A stretch of 64,000 nucleotides of DNA from Gemmatimonadota bacterium (GTDB taxonomy: Bacteria > Gemmatimonadota > Gemmatimonadetes > Gemmatimonadales > GWC2-71-9). The first letter of the stretch is position 1, and each line of letters starts with the position of its first letter. The stretch lies in contig JANRJZ010000042.1 in the NCBI GenBank assembly GCA_033763675.1, forward strand, positions 976 to 64,975, in the 5' to 3' direction. Shown one piece after another: positions 17,556 through 26,263 of this stretch. The notes beneath the pieces were generated by a model that was given only the letters and a program-made list of their open reading frames with translations, searched no databases and was not told the DNA's origin. Position numbers and translations under genes: made by a program.

Positions 17556-20221
17556 CGCTGCGGCGCCATGAGCACCGCATTGGTGAGCAGCCGGGCCGTC
17601 CCGCGCCAGAATCCCCGGTAAACCGGGTTGCCGGCGAACAGGACGACCTGCCCGCTGCCCGCGGATTCGACCGCGGCGTACACGCTGTTCTGCAGGTGCC
17701 TCTCGGTGTTCCCGGGCCAGCTCCAGCCCGAGAGCAGGAGGTCCGTTCCGGTGAAGGCCACGGGATTCGCCCCCTTTTCGGAGGGCTTGAGCAGGGTGCT
17801 GGTCTCGAGGAAGACGGGCAGCTGGTCCCGCTCATACCCATACGTGAGCCAGTGGGAGCGGTCGAGTGTACCCCGGAAGATGCTGCCCGGGATGAACTCG
17901 GGCTGGTTCCCGCCCGGCGCGGACGGGGACACCAGCGGCGGCCCGATCGGCTGTCCGGCGGCCACTGTGGTGTCCTTGGGCGCCGTGCTGTCGCCGGTCA
18001 CTTCGCTCGCGGTGGTGAGGCCGAGTTCCTTCCGGCCCAGCAGCCCGACCGCGTCGCCGACGGCAATGACGGCGGCCCCCTCTTCCACCCAGGTCTTGAG
18101 CCGGCGGGCCCCTCCCTCACCGAGTTCCCGCCACATCCGCCCGGCGGAACCCTCGGGAATGATGAGGGTGTTGTAGTCGCCGAGGTTCATCCAGCTCAGG
18201 GTGGCGAGATTCACCGGGATCACCGGGATCCCCAGCTCCCGCTCGAAGTAGAACCAGAGCGCCCCGAAGGAAGTCTGGTCCACGCCATCGCCCGCGGCGA
18301 GGAGAATGCGCGGTGCGTGGAGCGGCATCACCGTCTCGCTGCCCACGCCGTACTGCCCGCTGTCGGGGAACCCGCTCTGCACCGGGGTCACCTGCACCCC
18401 GAGTTCGGTCGCGAGGGCCGCAATCCGCTGGTGCACCTCGGCCGGATTGCGCTGCAGCCGCACGATGAACGTGCCGCGCGGATAGGCGGTGCTGCCGGCC
18501 ACCACCTGCTCCGTGGCCGTCCCCACCTTGAAGCCCTCCCGCAGCAGCCGCATCGCGAGCCGGGCGCCGCTCTCGCTCTCGTTGCCGAACAGGTATGCCG
18601 ACTGGGCCCGGGCGGGCGGCGTCACGGCCGGCGCGGGGACGGCACGCACCCGCTCCCCGCCGATCCGGGTCGTGTCGTCGGTCCACCAGGCTTCGAGCCC
18701 CTGGGTAAAGGGGAGCGACCAGCCGGTCACATCGTAGAACTCGTAACCCTCGCGGTCGGCGTCCTCGCCGCGCCGCTGGTTCCGCTGGTAGGCGCCCAGC
18801 TGCGCCCGGACGAACCCGGAATCGAACACGGCGCGCGGCTCGAGCATCGTGGTCGCGAGCCGGGCCTGCGGCTGGTTGAGGTCCACCACGTAGGTGCCGG
18901 CCGGAAAGGTGCGCCGGGTGGCCGCCCCGCCGTAATAGGACGTGGCCCGCAGCGTGGTCCACGGCTGGGTGAGGCGGGAGACTTCGATCTCCTCACCGAT
19001 CAGGCGCCGCAGGAGCCAGGCCACCCGGGTGGCGTCGGTGCCGGAGAAGAGCACCCGCCGCAGCGGCCGCTTCTGCGCCTCCGCCATCCCGCTCTGGTGG
19101 AAGTCGTGGAAGTCCCGCAGCCGCTCCGCCCGGTTGCGCGCGGCGTACTCGAGGGTCGCGAGGGAGGCGATGTAATGGTGGGCGATCGCCATCTCGAAGG
19201 TCATATAGGTGCCGTCGTCCTTCCGCTTCCGGAGCTCGGGCCCGCCGTCGGTCTCGTAGGTCATCCCGACGCCGCCGCGCATCGTGGGCCACATGTCGAT
19301 GTAGCCCGGATAGAAGAAGTCGAAAACGTCCCGCACGTAGTACTGCCAGCTGAAGCGGTCGAAGGCCTGCCCGTTGCTGCGCCCGAAGCGCTCGAACCAG
19401 GCGTAGGTCCGCGCCGGCAGGTTCTGGTTCTGGGCCTGGTCCACCGGCGGGAAGAAGTACTGCGAGGTGGTGCTGTGGAGGTCCGCGACCACCTGGGGGC
19501 GCCAGCGGACATAGACCGCCGCGAGGGCGCGGGACTCGAGCTGCGACTGGGCCAGGAGGTCCCGGTTCATGTCGAAGCGGTAGTGGTTGAACCGCCCCCA
19601 TACCGCCCAGGGCTCCGTCTGCTCCACCGCCGCGGGCTCGTCGGTGTTCACCATGATGGAGTTGTACCAGGCGGCAAACCGCTCATGCCCGTCCGGATTC
19701 TGGCTCGGGTTGATCAGCACCACGGCGTTCCGGAGGACCTCGAGGGTCGCGGGTTCCTCGGAGGCGAGCAGCTGGTACGTGGTCTGCATCGCAGTCTCGA
19801 AGCCGGCCGGCTCGTTGCCATGGACCGAGTGGGTGAGCAGCACCGTCACCGGTGTCCGCTCCGCCAGGGCCCGCGCCTCGGCGGCCGTCGTGCGCCGCGG
19901 GTCGGCCAGGCGGGAGAGGTTGTCCCGGATCTCCTCCAGCCGCGCCAGGTTTTCCGGCGCCGAAATCACCAGCAGCCGCATCACTTTTCCCTCGGCCGTC
20001 CGGCCCATCACCTCGGTCCGCACCCGGTCCGGCGCCGCGGCGATCAGGCGGTCCAGCACCTGCTGCTGCTGGTGATACATGGTGTGCTGCGAGCCGATGG
20101 CGTAGCCGAGCAGCGAGTCGGGCCGGGGCACGGCGGGGCGGTAGGGCCCGCGGGCGTAGAAGTCGAACCCCTGCGCGTTGAGCAGCGAGGGGGCGAGCAG
20201 CAGGACGGCGAGGAGTCGCAT
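17552..20221 (-). CDS. secreted M14-family zinc carboxypeptidase with C-terminal class-I-amidotransferase-like domain
   Basis: Start MRLLAVLLLAPSLLNAQG (signal peptide) at 20221, residue 103 of track ORF 17552..20527. M14 region (LLTHSVHGNEPAG ... VADLHS). Long C-terminal extension. Confidence 0.8.
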   Translation of the reverse strand: MRLLAVLLLAPSLLNAQGFDFYARGPYRPAVPRPDSLLGYAIGSQHTMYHQQQQVLDRLIAAAPDRVRTEVMGRTAEGKVMRLLVISAPENLARLEEIRDNLSRLADPRRTTAAEARALAERTPVTVLLTHSVHGNEPAGFETAMQTTYQLLASEEPATLEVLRNAVVLINPSQNPDGHERFAAWYNSIMVNTDEPAAVEQTEPWAVWGRFNHYRFDMNRDLLAQSQLESRALAAVYVRWRPQVVADLHSTTSQYFFPPVDQAQNQNLPARTYAWFERFGRSNGQAFDRFSWQYYVRDVFDFFYPGYIDMWPTMRGGVGMTYETDGGPELRKRKDDGTYMTFEMAIAHHYIASLATLEYAARNRAERLRDFHDFHQSGMAEAQKRPLRRVLFSGTDATRVAWLLRRLIGEEIEVSRLTQPWTTLRATSYYGGAATRRTFPAGTYVVDLNQPQARLATTMLEPRAVFDSGFVRAQLGAYQRNQRRGEDADREGYEFYDVTGWSLPFTQGLEAWWTDDTTRIGGERVRAVPAPAVTPPARAQSAYLFGNESESGARLAMRLLREGFKVGTATEQVVAGSTAYPRGTFIVRLQRNPAEVHQRIAALATELGVQVTPVQSGFPDSGQYGVGSETVMPLHAPRILLAAGDGVDQTSFGALWFYFERELGIPVIPVNLATLSWMNLGDYNTLIIPEGSAGRMWRELGEGGARRLKTWVEEGAAVIAVGDAVGLLGRKELGLTTASEVTGDSTAPKDTTVAAGQPIGPPLVSPSAPGGNQPEFIPGSIFRGTLDRSHWLTYGYERDQLPVFLETSTLLKPSEKGANPVAFTGTDLLLSGWSWPGNTERHLQNSVYAAVESAGSGQVVLFAGNPVYRGFWRGTARLLTNAVLMAPQR

Positions 20222-20327
20222 GAGTACGGAGTGGAGGAGGTGGATGCGCCGCTCCCGGTCTCGCGGTGGCGGCCGCTGTGGCCGCCCGGAGCCGGGCCGG
20301 CAGTGAGTATAGCCCGGGCCGGGCCCG

Positions 20328-21284
20328 TCAGCTACGGCCGAGCGGTGCCGGGCGGGCGGGCGCCACGCGCTGGCGACTGAGCAGGTCCCAAGTTTCCACC
20401 ACGACCGCGCCAAGAAGAAACACCAGGGCGGTGTAGTACAGCCATCCGACGAACAGGATGATCGCCCCCAGGTTGGCGTCGGCGGAGAAGCGATCGACCA
20501 CCGCCAGGTGCACCAGGTACCAGCCATACAGCCGCTTGGCGACCTCGAACAGCGCCGCGGCGAAGAGCGAGCCGGCCAGCGCCGCCACCCGGGGGAGGCG
20601 GCGGGGCGAGGCGTGGCGGTACACGACGTAGAACACCAGCAGCGAAAAGGCGAACGCCACCACCTCCGTGATGACCTGCCCCACCGTCCCCACGAAGAAC
20701 CCGAGGCCGGGGAGCGCCTGCGTCAGCTGCTCGCCGCGGGCGTTGAGCACCTTGAGCCCCCCGGAGAGCACGGCATTCCCCACCACCAGGACCAGCGTGA
20801 GGATGACCATGCCCGCGTCCCGAGCCTTGCCCTTGAGGTAGAGGAACACGAAGTGCTGGCCGGTCGGCCGGCGGGGGACGTCATAGACGAGGGTGAGCGA
20901 CGTGCGGATGGAGGCGAAGAGCCGGGTGGAGAACCAGAGAAAGAGCGGAAGGGCGTAGAACGAGATCGCGGCCCGGGCCCGGGTGAAGCCGAGGAGGAAC
21001 TGCTCCACCCGGGCGAAGGGGCCCGGCCCGTCGGGGCCGGCCCACGCCGGCACGACCCGCTGGAACAGCTGGTGCAGGTCCTGCGCGGTCGAGCCGGGCG
21101 ACAGCTTGACGATGTGGGTCAGCGCCACGAGCAGCAGCAGGAGCAGCGGAATCGCGGCGAGCAGCGCGTCAAAGGTGAGGGCACTGGCCAGGAAGGGGAT
21201 ATTGTGCCGGTCGGCCTGATGGACGGTGCGGCGGGCGAACGCCCCCAGGGCCTGCAGCCGATTCCGGAGCAGCCCGTCCGTCAG
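20328..21284 (-). CDS. YihY/BrkB family membrane protein (start codon unresolved)
   Basis: The track ORF starts at GTG 21128. However, the in-frame upstream 52 codons encode the conserved YihY N-terminus (LASALTFDALLAAIPLLLLLL) and contain no ATG, GTG or TTG. A CTG at 21284-21282 overlaps the upstream TGA (CTGA). Confidence 0.65.
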   Translation of the reverse strand: MTDGLLRNRLQALGAFARRTVHQADRHNIPFLASALTFDALLAAIPLLLLLLVALTHIVKLSPGSTAQDLHQLFQRVVPAWAGPDGPGPFARVEQFLLGFTRARAAISFYALPLFLWFSTRLFASIRTSLTLVYDVPRRPTGQHFVFLYLKGKARDAGMVILTLVLVVGNAVLSGGLKVLNARGEQLTQALPGLGFFVGTVGQVITEVVAFAFSLLVFYVVYRHASPRRLPRVAALAGSLFAAALFEVAKRLYGWYLVHLAVVDRFSADANLGAIILFVGWLYYTALVFLLGAVVVETWDLLSRQRVAPARPAPLGRS

Positions 21285-21649
21285 GCGACGGGCTCCTCGT
21301 CCTCGTCCAGGTCCAGCGCGGCGGGGGCGCGGCGGCGGGCGCGGGCATCGGCCAACCGCCGCTCCAGCTCGGTCCGTACCTCGTCCCGGCGTTCCTCCGG
21401 GCTGCTCGGGGCGGGGCGGCGGAACTCGCCACTCACCTTTTCGCTCAGCTCCCCGATCTTCTCCTCCGCCAGCGCCCGCGCCTTCCGCAACCGGCGCTTC
21501 AGCTGGCGGCGGGTCTCGTCCCCGCTCTGGGGCGCGAAGAGCAGGCCGGCCGCCAGCCCCAGCAGCGCCCCGAAGAGGATGGGGCGCAGGGACCCGCCCT
21601 CCCGCTCCACGTAGACCACCTCGCGCTCGTCATCCCGGGCCATGGTCAT
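21281..21649 (-). CDS. YtxH domain-containing protein
   Basis: 122 aa with a single hydrophobic helix followed by the YtxH motif (FGALLGLAAGLLFAPQSGDETRRQLKRRL). ATGA overlap with the upstream aldolase gene. Confidence 0.65.
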   Translation of the reverse strand: MTMARDDEREVVYVEREGGSLRPILFGALLGLAAGLLFAPQSGDETRRQLKRRLRKARALAEEKIGELSEKVSGEFRRPAPSSPEERRDEVRTELERRLADARARRRAPAALDLDEDEEPVA

Positions 21650-23061
21650 TCCCCCGCTTCGGCATCGTCCTCGGCCGTGACCAGCGCGCGCGCCAGCGAG
21701 GCGTGCGACTGGTACGGCGCGTGGACATACTTGGCGACCAGCGCCGCGGTGCCGTTCACCTTGAGCTGGTCGAACAGAAACCCGAATGTCTTTTCCAGGT
21801 CCGCCCCGATGGCCTCCCGGATCCCGGCGGGCAGCGTCCAGAGCTCCCGCTTGAAGGGGCCGATCGCCTTCTTCCGCGCCTTGTAGTAGAACTGCTCCGG
21901 GGTGTCGCCGGCCTTCTTCTCGCTCTGGGCGTTCTCATCCAGCCAGGCGTACATCCGCCGGCGCAACTCGCCCGGCAGCGCCGGGTGATCGAAGACCAGC
22001 GACTGGAAGTTGGTGGCGAGGTGGATCTCCGCCGTCTCCAGCCGCGGGAAGTTCCCGAACGCGTCGGAGGGCAGCGTACTGGCGCCATGTTGCACCGCGC
22101 CGGACATCCCGTACTCCTCCCGGGCTACCCGGGAGAGCGCCGCGAGGGCGTCGAGGTCCAGCTTCACCTTGGCGATGCTCCCGTCCGGCAGCACCACCCC
22201 GCCGTGGCTGGTGCCCGTCTGCACCGAAATCTTGGAGATCCCCTCATGGTCGCCATGGCGCCGGAGGGAGGGCACGTAGCCGTCCATGAAGGCACGGAGT
22301 TCCTCGACGGTGCTGTTCTTGTGCCCGACCTCGCCGATCTCGGCACCCACCGAGACCGAGATGCCGTCGGGCTCGATGTCGCGGATGAACGCCGTGATCT
22401 CCGCCGCGTGCTCGAAGTTGAGCCGCTGCTGCTCCAGCAGGGTGTCCTTCGAGAGGTCCACCAGGGTGGAGGTGTCCACGTCGATGTTGTAGAACCCCGC
22501 GCCAACTTCCTCCTGGATCAGCCGCTTCACCTCTTCGACCTCCGCCCGGGCGTCCGCCTGGTACTTCTTGGCATTCACCTGGCAGTGGTCCCCCTGGATG
22601 AAGATCGGCAGCAGGTAGCCCTCGCGGAGCGCGGCCGCAATCATCACGGCCACGTATTCCGCCGGGCGCTGATCGGTATAGGCGATCTCCGATCGCGCGA
22701 TCTCGACCAGGATCGCCCCCGCCTGCCGCGACCGCGCGGCCCGGAAGATGGCGCGCGCCGTGTCATAGGCCAGCATCCGGACGTTCATCGCGGGCACGGT
22801 GAAGCCGCCGCATTCGCCACGGCCGCGGGCGAAATAGATCGGTCCGATGGTGGACGGCCGGACGCCGACGGCCTGCCCCAGCTCCCAGAGGAGCCAGCGG
22901 GCGGCGTCCCGACGGGCGGGGGCCGCAAAGACCGCGTCAAACACCAGCCGATCGGTGGCGTCAGACTGGAGCGCCGCGGGATTGGGAACCTTCACCCCTT
23001 CCCCGGCCCGGGTAACGGCACCCCCGAACAGGGCGAGCAGGTCGCTGCGATGGTCGGACAT
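21646..23061 (-). CDS. class II fructose-bisphosphate aldolase family protein (long form)
   Basis: TVPAMNV, IFIQGDHCQV, VQTGTSHGG and AVQHGASTLP motifs, typical of class II (metal-dependent) aldolases. Confidence 0.85.
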   Translation of the reverse strand: MSDHRSDLLALFGGAVTRAGEGVKVPNPAALQSDATDRLVFDAVFAAPARRDAARWLLWELGQAVGVRPSTIGPIYFARGRGECGGFTVPAMNVRMLAYDTARAIFRAARSRQAGAILVEIARSEIAYTDQRPAEYVAVMIAAALREGYLLPIFIQGDHCQVNAKKYQADARAEVEEVKRLIQEEVGAGFYNIDVDTSTLVDLSKDTLLEQQRLNFEHAAEITAFIRDIEPDGISVSVGAEIGEVGHKNSTVEELRAFMDGYVPSLRRHGDHEGISKISVQTGTSHGGVVLPDGSIAKVKLDLDALAALSRVAREEYGMSGAVQHGASTLPSDAFGNFPRLETAEIHLATNFQSLVFDHPALPGELRRRMYAWLDENAQSEKKAGDTPEQFYYKARKKAIGPFKRELWTLPAGIREAIGADLEKTFGFLFDQLKVNGTAALVAKYVHAPYQSHASLARALVTAEDDAEAGE

Positions 23062-23118
23062 AAGTGACTGTCCCCTTGAGAGTTACAGTTCACGCATCTG
23101 GCAATGTAGGCCGGCCGT

Positions 23119-23145
23119 CACCGGGCGTCAAACCAGCGCCCGGTG
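23119..23145 (-). terminator. possible stem-loop terminator downstream of the PPC-repeat gene
   Basis: caccgggcg (23119-23127) pairs with cgcccggtg (23137-23145), giving a 9-bp stem and 9-nt loop 11 nt past the stop at 23156. There is no clear U tract. Confidence 0.3.
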
Positions 23146-23155
23146 GCCACCTTGC

Positions 23156-24850
23156 TCAGCGGATGCGGAGTTTGATGGTGTACTTCCCGGTGGCCTTGTC
23201 GAAAGTGTTGGCCCGGACCCAGTAGCGGCCATTGGCCGGCAGCTCGATCGTGACCTTGGCCGATTCCCCGACGCTGGCCCCGTCCGTCTCGAGGGAGGTG
23301 AAGGTCCCCTCCCGGCCGGGCGCTCGACCGATGAGCAGGTAGGGCCGGAAGTCGTCGGACTTCATGCTGACGATCGCCACCTGCCCCTTCCGGCCCTCGA
23401 AGACCCAGGTATCCACGAAGGTCCCGTCGCCGCTGTCCTCGTCGTCGGCGGTGAGCTGGCCCCGCATCTCCTCACCCTTCTTGAGCTCCTTCACCTGGCG
23501 CGGCGCGGTGGTCTCGCCCTTGATGGCCTTGGAGAGGTTGAGGCCGGGCTGCAGCGGCCCCGCGGCGGGCGCAGGCTGGGACGGGGTGGGCCCCGCCGGG
23601 GTCACCGGCGCAGGCCCCCCAGCCCGATCGCTGGTCACCACCAGCGTGTACCGCCCCTCACCGGAAAAGAGCGCGTTGGGCCGGACCCAGTACTCGCCGT
23701 CCCGGGGCAGCGTGACGACCAGCTTCGAGTCATCGCCGCCGGCGCCGTCGTTGTCCGCCGACTGCCAGGTCCAGCGGCCGTTCTCGACCGGCCCGAAGGT
23801 CAGGTAGGAATCCACCTCCCCCGAGCGCTGGACCATGGTAAGGGTCTCGCCGCGGCGCCCCTGGTACACCCAGATATCGGCATAGCTGCCGTCGGAGATC
23901 TTGTCATCGCCCGCACCGAGGGTGCCGCTCAGTTCCTGGCCCAGGACGAGCGGCATCCTGGCTCCGGGGGTGCTGGAGACCAGCGGGTTCCCGCCCGCGC
24001 CGGTGGCGGGCGCCTCGACCATGACCATGCCGCCCACCTCGGCGACCAGCAGGGTGTAGCGACCGGTCTTGTTCTTGAACAGGGTGTTGGCCCGCACCAG
24101 GTAGTCGCCGCCGGCGTCGAGCGTCAGGCTGACCTTCGAGTCGGTGCCGCCGGCGCCATCGTCGTCGCTCTCGATGCTGCTGAACTCGCCGTTCTTGAGA
24201 CGCCCCACGACCAGGTAGGCGTCGAAGTCGGGGGACCGCAGCGTGACCTCGAGTTGCTGGCCGGCGCGGCCCTGGAAACGCCAGGTGTCGGCGAAGCTGT
24301 CATCCTCGAGGACTTCGTCCCCCTGGCGCAATTCGCCGTTCACCGGGGTCCCGAGACTCAGGGTACCGGCGATGGGCGGCGCGCCCCCACCCGTGACCTG
24401 TGGCGCCGGCGCCCCGGCCGCGCCGATCTCCAGGCTCAAGGTGTAGCCGCCGGTTTCCCCTTCGCTGAGCGTATTGGCGCGTACAACATACTCGCCGTCG
24501 CGGGGCAGCGTCGCGCTGACCAGGGCATCGGTCCCGCCGGCGCCGTCGTCATCGGCCTCGACGAGGTGCCATTCGCCGTTGTCGTCGGTATACCCGACGG
24601 CGAGGTAGGCGTCGAAATCCTTGGCCCGCATGGTGACCCGGACCGCCTGGCCCCCGGTGCCGCTGAAGCGCCACAAGTCGGCGTAGGTGTTGTCATCGAG
24701 GCGGAGGTCGCCACTCCTCAGCTCCCCCCGGGCCTCGACCCCGGGCCGGAGCACTGCCTGGGCCGCCGCCGCGTCCGCGACGAGAAGGAGCAGGCCGGCC
24801 GCCGCGGCGGCCGGGAGGAAGAGCGCCTGAAGTGGGTGTCGTGTCGGCAT
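23156..24850 (-). CDS. secreted protein with four tandem pre-peptidase C-terminal (PPC)-like domains
   Basis: A signal peptide, then four units of about 100 aa sharing G(E/T/Q)L..(G/D)D...D.(S/T)(Y/F)(A/V)D.W.F.G..G..........D(F/S).(A/P)YL...........(S/A)D(D/N)DGAGG.D(A/S)(L/K)(V/L)...L...G.Y.VRAN........G.YTL. Confidence 0.7.
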   Translation of the reverse strand: MPTRHPLQALFLPAAAAAGLLLLVADAAAAQAVLRPGVEARGELRSGDLRLDDNTYADLWRFSGTGGQAVRVTMRAKDFDAYLAVGYTDDNGEWHLVEADDDGAGGTDALVSATLPRDGEYVVRANTLSEGETGGYTLSLEIGAAGAPAPQVTGGGAPPIAGTLSLGTPVNGELRQGDEVLEDDSFADTWRFQGRAGQQLEVTLRSPDFDAYLVVGRLKNGEFSSIESDDDGAGGTDSKVSLTLDAGGDYLVRANTLFKNKTGRYTLLVAEVGGMVMVEAPATGAGGNPLVSSTPGARMPLVLGQELSGTLGAGDDKISDGSYADIWVYQGRRGETLTMVQRSGEVDSYLTFGPVENGRWTWQSADNDGAGGDDSKLVVTLPRDGEYWVRPNALFSGEGRYTLVVTSDRAGGPAPVTPAGPTPSQPAPAAGPLQPGLNLSKAIKGETTAPRQVKELKKGEEMRGQLTADDEDSGDGTFVDTWVFEGRKGQVAIVSMKSDDFRPYLLIGRAPGREGTFTSLETDGASVGESAKVTIELPANGRYWVRANTFDKATGKYTIKLRIR

Positions 24851-24886
24851 ACGGTCCGGGTCCTGGAGGGTGAATGACAGGGGAGC

Positions 24887-26263
24887 CTAGGCCACGTCGC
24901 CCGGGGGCAGCGCCAGCGGCTCGGCGGTGTACCCCGGCCGCCCCATGGCGGCGAAGGTGAGTCGCTTGCCCAGCTCCACGCCGGGCTGATCGAACGGGTC
25001 CACCCCGTACCACACGCCGGCGTAGCCGGTGGCGAGCTGGAAGAACATGATGGCTTCTCCCAGGGTCCGCGCCGAGAGCTCCGGCAGGTGCAGCGAACAG
25101 TTCATCCGGCCCATGCTCGCGAGGGCGGCCGAGGTGGCCTGGTACTCGGCCTGCAAGAGCCCGGCCAGCGAATGCCCCGGCAGGTAGGCCAGGTCCGCCG
25201 GGAGGCCCGCGGCCTGGGGAATGGTGACATCCTCGGGAAACCGGTCCACCGCCATGAAGGTGACCACCTTGTCGAACGGCCCCTCCATGAAAAGCTGCAC
25301 CTGGCTGTGCTGGTCGGTGGGGCCGACCGCGGCCAGCGGCGTGGGGCCCGTATGCACCTCCTGACCCCGGCGGTCCTTGGCCTTGCCCAGGCTCTCGGCC
25401 CAAAGCTGACGGTACCACTCGGCGAACTCCCGCAGCCGGTCGGTATACGGCATCAGGACGTGGATGCGGGCCCCCAGCGACGTATCGGCCGCCCAGTGGA
25501 GCGCGGACCAGAGGGCGGACTGGTTCTGCAGCAGGTCGTCCGTCTCGGCGCCGGCCAGGGCATCCCGGGCCCCGGCGAGCAGCCCTTCGATGTCGATCCC
25601 CACCAGCGCCGCCGGGAGCAGCCCCACCGGCGAGAGTACGCTGAAGCGGCCGCCCACCGCCGGCGGCACCTCCAACGCCGCGATGCCATCCCGCACGGCG
25701 ATCTCTCGCAGCGCCCCGCGGGCGGGATCGGTGGTGAACACCAGGTGCCGGGCGGCGGCGGGGCCGAGCGCGCGCTCCAGCCAGTCCCGCACGACCAGAT
25801 ATTGGGCCATGGTCTCCGCCGTGCCGCCGGACTTGCTGATGACGTTGACCAGGGCCCGGCGCGGGTCCATCCGGCGGAGCGCTTCCGCCACCGAGGTCGG
25901 GTCCACGTTGTCCAGCACGGTCAGGCGGGGAAAGAACTCCCGGCCTTCGTCATCCAGCTCATTCCAGCCGGGCCGCTTGAGGGCGTTGAGCAGCGCCTTC
26001 ATCCCGAGGGCGGACCCCCCGATCCCCAGGACCAGGACGTGATCAAACGCCTGCCCCACCCCCTCGGCAAAGCGCCGGATCTGGGTCACGGAGGCGGCCT
26101 GGTCGCCGAGGCCATGGAAGCCGTACTCGCCCGCGCCGCGGCGGCGACGCACCTCGGCCTGCACCTCGCCAAAGCGGCGGGCCAGTTCCAGCAGGCGCGG
26201 ACGGGGCAGCCCGTGCATCCCGTCCAGCCGGTCGCTCAGCATCCGTCCGTAGTGCAGCTTCAT
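24887..26263 (-). CDS. pgi: glucose-6-phosphate isomerase
   Basis: Start MKLHYGRM at 26263 overlaps the upstream stop (ATGA). PGI motifs are VLVLGIGGSALG, ISKSGGTAET and GPTDQHSQVQL. Confidence 0.9.
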   Translation of the reverse strand: MKLHYGRMLSDRLDGMHGLPRPRLLELARRFGEVQAEVRRRRGAGEYGFHGLGDQAASVTQIRRFAEGVGQAFDHVLVLGIGGSALGMKALLNALKRPGWNELDDEGREFFPRLTVLDNVDPTSVAEALRRMDPRRALVNVISKSGGTAETMAQYLVVRDWLERALGPAAARHLVFTTDPARGALREIAVRDGIAALEVPPAVGGRFSVLSPVGLLPAALVGIDIEGLLAGARDALAGAETDDLLQNQSALWSALHWAADTSLGARIHVLMPYTDRLREFAEWYRQLWAESLGKAKDRRGQEVHTGPTPLAAVGPTDQHSQVQLFMEGPFDKVVTFMAVDRFPEDVTIPQAAGLPADLAYLPGHSLAGLLQAEYQATSAALASMGRMNCSLHLPELSARTLGEAIMFFQLATGYAGVWYGVDPFDQPGVELGKRLTFAAMGRPGYTAEPLALPPGDVA

